A DNA stretch of 64,000 nt from Candidatus Poribacteria bacterium (GTDB lineage: Bacteria; Poribacteria; WGA-4E; WGA-3G). Shown one piece after another: positions 1-9,600 of the stretch (within the stretch, counting starts at the first letter, position 1; each line of letters starts with the position of its first letter). The notes below the pieces were generated by a model. It searched no databases. It was given only the letters and a program-made list of their open reading frames with translations, and was not told where the DNA came from. The position numbers and the translations under genes were made by a program. The stretch lies in contig CAXXUA010000006.1 of the NCBI GenBank assembly GCA_963663765.2, forward strand, positions 457,610 through 521,609, written 5' to 3'.

Positions 1-1
1 C

Positions 2-3000
2 CGCGCACCCGTCTTTGCTGGTGATAGCGCCACACGCTCCGTAGCGGAAAACACAGGTACTGGTGTGAACATCGGCGATGTTGTCTCTGCGACTGACCCT
101 GATAACGATGATTTGACATACACACTCGGTGGCACGGACGCTGCATCATTTGACATTGGTAGCACGAATGGGCAACTCCGCACTAAAGATGCGTTAGACT
201 TTGAAGACAAACCTTCTTATACCGTCACCATCACTGCATCTGATGGAAAACTAACAGATAGTATCACGGTGTCAATCAAAGTTACGGATGTAGATGAGAA
301 CCGCGCACCTGTATTCACAGATGGCAACAGCACAACCCGATCCATCGCTGAAAATACGGATGCTGGCACAAACATCGGTAGTGCGGTAGCTGCAACGGAT
401 GCAGATGATGACGATTTGACATATACACTCGGTGGCACAGATGCTGCATCATTTGACATTGTAAGCACAAGTGGACAAATCAAAACAAAATCTGCATTGG
501 ATTATGAGACTAAAGCCTCTTATACAGTGGCCATTACGGCATCTGATGGAAATCTATCAGATAGTATCACGGTGACAATCAATGTTACCGATGTAGATGA
601 AAACAACGCGCCTGCGTTTGCCTTTGCAATCACGACCCGGTCCGTTGCTGAAAATACGGCATCAAACACAGATATCGGTGATGCCGTTTCTGCTACGGAT
701 GAAGATGACGATACATTGACATATACACTCGGTGGCACGAATGCGTCCTCGTTTAACATCGTTAGTTCATCAGGGCAGCTAAAAACGAAGGCTGCATTAA
801 ATTATGAGAACAAAGACGCATATTCTGTTACTGTTTCAGTCTCTGATGGGAATGGTGGTACCGATAGTATTAACGTTTCAATCAATATCTCAGATGTTAA
901 CGATCCACCTAAGTTCACCGATGGCAATAGCACATCTCGTTCTGTTGAAGAAGGGGTTGAGACCGATACCAACATAGGGACTCCAATCGCTGCAACAGAT
1001 GAGGATGGTGATACACTTACCTATTCCATGACGGGTGATGATGCCGATGCGTTCAGTATTGATGAGGAAACAGGACAGTTGAAAACAAAGGAGTCATTGG
1101 ATTACGAGACGAAAAACAGTTACGCTTTTTCTGTGTGGGTTGCTGATGCAGCCAATACAGAGGTGATTATTGTGACAGTGAAGGTTACGGATGTAGATGA
1201 AAACCGTGCACCTGTCTTTTCGGATGATAGTACAACGTTATCTGTTGCTGAGAATACGCGAGCAAGTACGAATATCGGAAATGCAATCACTGCCACCGAT
1301 CCCGATGGGGATAACTTGACCTACACACTCAGTGGAGATGATGCAAATTCTTTCTCAATTGTAAGTACGTCAGGACAACTGAAGACGAAATCATCTCTTG
1401 ATTATGAGGATACAAACTCATACTCCGTCACTGTCACGGCTTCTGATGGGGATCTTGAAGATAGCATAAATGTGACTATCAATGTCACCGATGACACGAC
1501 AGAGAATAACCCGCCCGTGTTCTCAGATGGCGAAACCACTACGCGTAGTATCGCTGAAAACTCCGATTTAGGAACAAGCATTGGCACACCTATCGTAGCG
1601 ACAGATACGGATAACGATACACTTAGCTATACCATCAGCGGTACTAATGCAGCGTCGTTTTCGCTTGTTAGTATTACAGGACAACTCAAAACAGTTGCGT
1701 CGCTTGATTATGAGCAAAAAGGCTCCTATTCTGTCACAATCTCCGTTCACGATGGCAATGGTGGGTCGGATTCTATTGCTGTCACGATCAACATCACGAA
1801 CGTTCACCCTGAAATAGCCGAACAAGGTGGTACGAATAATGCCCCTGTATTTACCGAGGGTGACAGCACCACTCGCTCTGTGCCCGAAAGAACAGCCTCT
1901 GGTGAAAATATCGGTGACCCCGTTACGGCTACTGATGCCGATGCCGATACGCTCACATACACACTTAGCGGCACAGATGCGGCCTCTTTCAGTATTGTCA
2001 GCTCTACCGGACAGTTACAAACGAGTGCAGCACTGGATTATGACATAAAAACTACCTATACGGTAACGGTCACTGTCGTTGATGGTGAGAGTGGCACAGA
2101 TACCATCACTGTCACGATAAATGTTGAAAATGTGAACCTTATATCAACTCGCACGCAAGCAGTGATAGATGAAATTGTTGAAAGGGCAATTGTGGAATCG
2201 GCAGATGATATTACAACTGAGCACCTTCAAAATATAACATATATGGATTTAGCTGTTTATACACTCACGTCTTTGAAAGCTGGAGATTTTGATGGACTTA
2301 CGGGTCTTGAAGAACTTTTGATGGATAGAAACAGCCTGACATCTATACCGGCTGGCATTTTTGACGAACTCACTTCATTGGAAAGACTTACTCTGTGGGC
2401 TAACAACTTCACTTCATTTCCCGATGGACTGTTTGATAATCTGACAAATCTTGAAGTGCTCCAAATAGGGTCTCAAAGTAGTACAGTTCAGTTAACATCG
2501 GGTATGTTTGATAATCTGACGAAACTGAGGGTTCTCAGCTTAAGTGGAAGCCATCTTTCTTCACTACCAGATGATATTTTTGATGAACTTACAAGTTTGA
2601 CTGATTTACGTTTAGAACATAACAATTTCACGACGTTCGCTGATGATACATTTGAGGATCTTACAGCACTTGTTAAACTTGAACTTGGTTTCAACGATAT
2701 AACTACATTAACGAGTGACGTTTTTAGTGGCTTAACGAATTTGGAACGTATTCATCTGTATGATAATGATTTTACAACAATACCCGCAGATATATTCGAA
2801 TCTAATACGAAATTAATATTCATTGAAATGTTTGATAATCAGTTAAGTTCAATACCGGATAACCTCTTTAAAGGTCTCAGTGTTTTGTTTGGTCTTGATA
2901 TACGTTCTAAAAAAGTTAACCCCTTACCGATAACAGCCTCGTTGGAGAAGGTTGCAGATGGACAGTTTAAAGTGAAAGTGCACTCGGGGGCACCCCTTGA

Positions 3001-3565
3001 AGTGGAGTTCCAATTGAGTGTATCGAATGGCAGTATCAATGGGGGTTCAACGCGTGCGACTATAGATGTGGGGAGTGTGGAAAGTAGTACGTTCACCGTC
3101 ACGCGTACCTCTGGTACAACTGGTGCAGTTACTGTGGATATTTCCACATTACCAAGGAAACCGTATGAGTACGGTTATTTAGGTTTCGAATTCGTGAAAT
3201 CTGCCGATCTACCGCTGACAGTGATCGCTGCGGGTGCCGCTCCTGTTAACACTGATTCCAATCCAATACCCGATCAAACTGCCTTGCTGTCAAACTATCC
3301 CAACCCGTTCAATCCTGAGACGTGGATACCTTATCAACTGGCAAATCCTACAGATGTATCATTGACGATCTATAACATCCGTGGTGTTGTAGTGCGACAG
3401 ATCGCGTTGAAACAGCAGCCTGCGGGGTTCTATACCACGCGTAACCGCGCACTGCATTGGGATGGACGCAATGTGGTCGGTGAAAAAGTTGCCGGGGGAG
3501 TGTATTTCTATCAGTTCAAGGCAGGCGAATATTCTGCCCTGCGGAAAATGTTGATTGTGAAGTAG
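2..3565 (+). CDS. Giant cadherin-repeat/LRR surface protein, paralogue 1 (5' part outside window)
   Basis: Frame open from base 2 (RAPVFAGDSATRSVAEN...). Seven cadherin-like repeats (A.D.D.D.LTY...G.L.T...LDYE), an LRR block at about 2140-2930, a beta-rich domain and a C-terminal NYPNPFNPETWIPY...LRKMLIVK tag. Confidence 0.9.
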   Translation, partial: RAPVFAGDSATRSVAENTGTGVNIGDVVSATDPDNDDLTYTLGGTDAASFDIGSTNGQLRTKDALDFEDKPSYTVTITASDGKLTDSITVSIKVTDVDENRAPVFTDGNSTTRSIAENTDAGTNIGSAVAATDADDDDLTYTLGGTDAASFDIVSTSGQIKTKSALDYETKASYTVAITASDGNLSDSITVTINVTDVDENNAPAFAFAITTRSVAENTASNTDIGDAVSATDEDDDTLTYTLGGTNASSFNIVSSSGQLKTKAALNYENKDAYSVTVSVSDGNGGTDSINVSINISDVNDPPKFTDGNSTSRSVEEGVETDTNIGTPIAATDEDGDTLTYSMTGDDADAFSIDEETGQLKTKESLDYETKNSYAFSVWVADAANTEVIIVTVKVTDVDENRAPVFSDDSTTLSVAENTRASTNIGNAITATDPDGDNLTYTLSGDDANSFSIVSTSGQLKTKSSLDYEDTNSYSVTVTASDGDLEDSINVTINVTDDTTENNPPVFSDGETTTRSIAENSDLGTSIGTPIVATDTDNDTLSYTISGTNAASFSLVSITGQLKTVASLDYEQKGSYSVTISVHDGNGGSDSIAVTINITNVHPEIAEQGGTNNAPVFTEGDSTTRSVPERTASGENIGDPVTATDADADTLTYTLSGTDAASFSIVSSTGQLQTSAALDYDIKTTYTVTVTVVDGESGTDTITVTINVENVNLISTRTQAVIDEIVERAIVESADDITTEHLQNITYMDLAVYTLTSLKAGDFDGLTGLEELLMDRNSLTSIPAGIFDELTSLERLTLWANNFTSFPDGLFDNLTNLEVLQIGSQSSTVQLTSGMFDNLTKLRVLSLSGSHLSSLPDDIFDELTSLTDLRLEHNNFTTFADDTFEDLTALVKLELGFNDITTLTSDVFSGLTNLERIHLYDNDFTTIPADIFESNTKLIFIEMFDNQLSSIPDNLFKGLSVLFGLDIRSKKVNPLPITASLEKVADGQFKVKVHSGAPLEVEFQLSVSNGSINGGSTRATIDVGSVESSTFTVTRTSGTTGAVTVDISTLPRKPYEYGYLGFEFVKSADLPLTVIAAGAAPVNTDSNPIPDQTALLSNYPNPFNPETWIPYQLANPTDVSLTIYNIRGVVVRQIALKQQPAGFYTTRNRALHWDGRNVVGEKVAGGVYFYQFKAGEYSALRKMLIVK

Positions 3566-3600
3566 TATTTTCACTGTGAAGTAGTGTTTTCACAGTGTAA

Positions 3601-3622
3601 GGCAGGGCTTTTGTGTCCTGCC
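3601..3622. terminator. GC-rich intergenic hairpin (possible terminator or mRNA-stabilising stem)
   Basis: ggcagg-gcttttgtgt-cctgcc followed by an A-run; a variant recurs at about 24983-25004. Confidence 0.4.
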
Positions 3623-3650
3623 AAAAAATAAAATAAGTAAGGGGAATTGT

Positions 3651-6600
3651 ATGAATCGTCAATGTATTTTATCTCTAATTATAACGCTCTTGTTAATGAT
3701 TGGATTGACAGCTTATAGCGACATAACACCCGTATCAGACCGCACACCAGAGGTTCGTGATGCCATCGTTGATGCGATTTCAGGTGTAGATGCTGCAGTT
3801 GATGTAACTGAAACTCATCTTGCTGCAATCACAAGTCTCAATCTACGGAATGCAGGTATCCCAGAGCTTAAGACAGGTGATTTGTCAGGGCTGAGCGGAT
3901 TGACAAGCCTCAATCTCTACGGGAATGAGTTGAACACCCTACCTGACGGTATATTTGAAGGTTTGACTGCATTGACGACGTTACGGTTAGGAGGTAACAC
4001 CGTTGATCGGATGCCAATATCTGTTTCTCTTGAGAGAGTTTCTGATGGACAACTCAAGGCAGTTGCACCCACAGGCGCACCGTTTGCAATTGTAGTACCA
4101 ATTTCGGCAACCAACGGCAGCATAGCAGATAATGCTTCATCACTCTCTATAGCTAAAGGTAGCACAGAGAGTAGCCCGGTTATCATAACACGCTCCGAAA
4201 ACACCACCGTGGCAGTTATTGCTAACATCGGCACGTTACCGAGTTTGCCTACTAACCACTATGGCTATGTGCTATCAAAATCGAGTGCTTTACCGTTAGA
4301 AGTGGCATCGGCATTAGAAACCCCTCTCATAACGGAGGTTCTCCCTCCAACGGAGACAGAGGACACCCCATCTGAAAACGTTACGCCTGTCTTTACAGAT
4401 GGTAGTATTACCATCCGATCAATCGCAGAGAACACCGAATCAGACACCAACATCGGGAGGCCAATATCCGCTACAGACACCCAGACGCTCACTTACACAT
4501 TGGGTGGAATAGATAGAACATCGTTCAGTATAAACAGTGATACCGGACAGTTACTCACAAAAGCAAGCCTTGACTATGAAACAAAACGTGTCTACATAGT
4601 GGTTGTCACTTCTTCTGATGGTGTTCTTACAGATACTATTACCGTCGTCATTAGCGTTATAGATATATCAGAGACTACATTTGTTTCAACAGCTGCCCTT
4701 GCTGTCAGTGATAGAACACCGGCAGTCCGCGATGCTATTGTTGATGCGGTGTCAGGTGTGGATTCTGCTGACGACATTACCGCAATGCATCTTGCCTCCA
4801 TCACAAGTCTTAATCTGCGGGGCGCAGGTATTACATCCCTCAAAACAGGTGATTTTTCTGGTCTCACAGCTCTTTCCAGTCTTAATTTATACGGCAATAT
4901 GTTGAGCAGGCTACCGCATGGCATTTTTGATGGATTGACATCTCTGCTGTCACTTCGTTTAGGTGACAACCTCTTTGACCCGATGCCGCTTACCGTATCA
5001 TTGCAACAAGTTGGAACAGGACAATTCCGAGCTGTCATCCTCACAGGTGCACCTTTTGATGTTACCCTCACAATCGGTAATATGATGGTCACAATCTCTA
5101 AAGGCAGCCTGACCAGTGAAAACTTCACCGCTACAGGCATACCCACTATAAGTGCGTTACCGGTACTACCTGCTACCCATTTCGGGTATATCATTGCAAA
5201 CTCTGATGTGTGTAGCCGCACATTGCAAGTAAGCGACGCTATTGTTGCAGCACTTTCAGACATTACTGATTGCCGAAATGTTAGCGATGTTCACCTTGCA
5301 CAGATAACCCGTTTGGATTTAAGTGGTGTCTTTATAACATCACTTGCAGCAGACGACTTTGCAGGTTTACTCTCACTTACCACGCTTGACCTCAGTGATA
5401 ACCAACTCATCAATCTCCCTAAGAGATTTTTTGATGGTTTTCTATCACTAACAGCACTCAATCTGAGTGGAAACACTTTTGACCCATTGTCAATCAATGT
5501 GATGCTTGAAAAGGTCGGCACAAATCAAGTCAAAGTTGTTGTTCCAAGTGGTGCACCTTTTGAGATGACATTGCCGATAAATGTGGTGAATGGAGGAATT
5601 TTAGGGGGTACAAATACCATTACACTCATGCAAGGAAGTATGGAAAGTCAACCACTGACAATCATACGTGCGCCTAACACCTTTGATTTTGTCACTGCGG
5701 ACATCAGCACAATGCCGAACCTTCCAACAAACCATGCAGGTTATGTATTCACAAATTCTAATGATACCCCGTTGCAAATCTTTGAACAAATTAATGTTGC
5801 TCCTGTCTTCACAGATGACACTACCGCTACACGTTCCATAGCAGAAAACACGGAGGCTGGTACAGACATTGGCACGCCAATATCTGCAACCGATGTAAAT
5901 AATGATACACTCACCTATTCCTTGGGTGGTTCTGATGTAACTTGCTTTGATATTGATAGTACTACTGGACAACTGAAAACGAAAGAGGCACTTGACTATG
6001 AAACCAAAACATCTTATTCGGTAGTGATTACGGTTTCCGATGGTAGTTTGACAGATACCATTGACGTGACGATAAACATCACAGATGTGGACGAGGCACC
6101 GCCGAAAGAGGACGAGGTCGTTGTTATACCCAATGACGATGAGGTCGTTGTTCTACCCGATGACTATGATGAGGTCGTTGTAGAAGATACACCCCCACAA
6201 AATAACGCACCTATGTTCACCGATGGGAACAGCACAACCCGTTCCATAGCGGAGAATACCACTTCTGGTGCCAACATAGGCAATTCTGTGAGTGCGACCG
6301 ATGCGGATCGTGACACGCTTACATACACACTTGATGGAACTGATGCCTCTGCCTTCACCATCAATAGAACAAATGGACAATTGCAAACCAGTGCAGCACT
6401 TGACTTTGAAGCCAAGAACTCCTATTCCGTCACAATCACCGTCTCTGATGGAAAAGATGGCACCGATAGCATTAGCGTCACCATTAACATCACGAATGTA
6501 AACGAAGATATTCCAAACAACGACCCTGTATTTACCGATGGAAGTAATGCCATCCGTTCTATCGCAGAGAATACCGGTTCTGGTGTAGATATAGACACAC

Positions 6601-9600
6601 CTGTCTCAGCAACGGATGCGGATGATGGTAACACGTTATCTTATAGTTTGGGTGGCACGGATGCTGCAGCGTTCAGTATTGATAGCACATCCGGTCAATT
6701 GCGAACGAGTGCTGCTTTAGATTATGAGACGAAGAATACCTATTCCATCACAATATCTGTTTCCGATGGCAATGGTGGTAGTGATACTATATCGGTTACA
6801 ATAAACATTACGAATGTAGATGAAACCCCGACAAACAGTGCGCCTGAGTTCGCTGAGGGTGTTAGCACAAGTCGTTCTGTTGCTGAAAACACAGGTTCTG
6901 GTGTAGACATCGGTTCTGCTGTTTCAGCTACAGATGTGGACGGGGATACGCTCACATACACACTCGGTGGCACAGATGCCTCCTCCTTCAGTCTTGATAG
7001 TAGTTCCGGTCAATTGCGAACGAGTGCTTCCTTAGACTACGAGACAAAAACTTCCTATTCTGTGGTCTTGACAGTTTCTGATGAAAATGGAGGGAGTGAT
7101 AGTCTTCGTGTCACAATAAATATCACAAACATAGATGAAGCACCCGCGAACAATTCCCCTGTCTTCACATCTGACAGCACAACGCGCACTATAGCGGAAA
7201 ATACGGTGGTAGATACAAACATTGGTGCTGCCATCACCGCAACGGATGCGGATGACGATACATTGACTTATGGACTGACTGGAACTGATGCTGCGTCTTT
7301 CAGTATTGTCAGCCGCACAGGACAACTCAAAACGAAAGCAGTCCTCAATCACGAAGTTAAGGACTCCTATTCATTAATTGTCACCGTGTCAGATGGACAA
7401 GGTGGGAGTGATAGCATTAGTATCACTATCAACGTTTTGGATGTGAATGAATCCCCGTCATTTTCAGGAGAAAGTACGACCCGTTCTATCGCTGAAAACA
7501 CAACGTTGAACACGAACATCGGGGCAGCTGTTATTGCTACGGATCCGGATGACGGCACAACGCTTACATACACACTTGGTGGCACGGATGCTGCAGTGTT
7601 TAGTATTGATAGCAAAACCGGACAGTTGAAAACGAAGGGCGACTTGGACTTTGAAACCAAAAAGACTTATTCTGTGACAATTGCTGTTTCCGATGGAAAT
7701 CTTTCGGATATGATTACAGTAACTATAAACGTCACAGATCTTGACGAAACGCCCTCTAACAATCCACCCGTTTTCACAGATGGTGAAACCACCACCCGTT
7801 CTGTTGCAGAAAACACAGCAACAGGCACCGATATTGGTAATCCTATTGCTGTGACCGATGCTGACCAAAACACACTTGCTTATGCCATGAGTGGAGACGA
7901 TGCGTCAACGTTCAGTATTAACCTCAACACAGGACAACTGAAGACCAGCGCAGTGTTAAACTATGAGGTGAAAAAAGTCTACGAGGTGTCAGTTACTGTC
8001 AATGATGGTAGCGGCACAGATAGCATTGTGGTGACTATCAACGTTACGGATGTCAACGAAGCTCCCGTATTTGAGGATGATAGCGTAACACACACCATCG
8101 CAGAAAACACCGCAGCGAATACAAATATTGGGAGTGCTATTACCATCACTGATCCGGATGGTGATAACTTGACATATACACTTGGTGGAACAGATGCTGC
8201 CTCTTTTAACATTGGTAGCACAAATGGACAACTCCGAACAAAAGACGCGTTAGACTATGAAACCAAACGCACCTATTCTGTAACAGTCACCGCATCCGAT
8301 GGAAAACTATCAGATAGCATCACGGTGACAATCAATGTTACCGATGTAGATGAAAACAACGCGCCTGCCTTTGCCAGTGCAAGCACGACCCGGTCCGTTG
8401 CTGAGAATACAGGTTCTGGTGTAAACATTGGCAATGCGGTTTCCGCCTCCGACCCTGATAACGATGATTTGACATATACACTTGGTGGAACAGATGCTGC
8501 CTCTTTTAACATTGGTAGCACAAACGGACAACTCCGAACAAAAGACGCGTTAGACTATGAAACCAAACGCACCTATTCTGTAACAGTCACCGCATCCGAT
8601 GGAAAACTATCAGATAGCATCACGGTGACAATCAATGTTACCGATGTAGATGAAAACAACGCGCCTGCGTTTGCCAGTGCAAGCACGACCCGGTCCGTTG
8701 CTGAGAATACAGGTTCTGGTGTAAACATTGGTAGTGTCATCACCGCCACCGATCCTGATAATGATGATTTGACATATACACTGGGCGGAACAGATGCTGC
8801 CTCTTTTAACATTGGTAGCATAAATGGACAACTCCGAACAAAAGACGCGTTAGACTATGAAACCAAACGCACCTATTCTGTAACAGTCACCGCATCCGAT
8901 GGAAAACTATCAGATAGCATCACGGTGACAATCAATGTTAACGATGTAGACGAGAACCGATCTCCTGCGTTTGCCAGTGCAAGCACGACCCGGTCTGTTG
9001 CTGAAAATACAGGGTCTGGTGTAAACATTGGCAATGCGGTTTCCGCCACCGACCCTGATAATGATGATTTAACATATACACTGGGCGGAACAGACGCTGC
9101 CTCTTTTAACATTGGTAGCACAAATGGACAACTCCGAACAAAAGACGCGTTAGACTATGAAACCAAACGCACCTATTCTGTAACAGTCACCGCATCCGAT
9201 GGAAAACTATCAGATAGTATCACGGTGACAATCAATGTTACCGATGTAGATGAAAACAACGCGCCTGCCTTTGCCAGTGCAAGCACGACCCGGTCCGTTG
9301 CTGAGAATACGGCAACAAACACAGATATAGGTCATGTCGTTTCTGCTACGGATGAAGATGACGATACATTGACATATACGCTCGGTGGCACGAATGCGTC
9401 CTCGTTTAACATCGTTAGTTCATCAGGGCAGCTGAAAACGAAGGCTGCATTAAATTATGAGAACAAAAATTCATATTCTGTTACCGTTTCTGTCTCTGAT
9501 GGCGGAGGTGGTACCGATAGTATCAACGTTTCAATCAATATCTCAGATGTCAACGATCCACCTAAGTTCACCGATGGTAATAGCACATCTCGTTCTGTTG

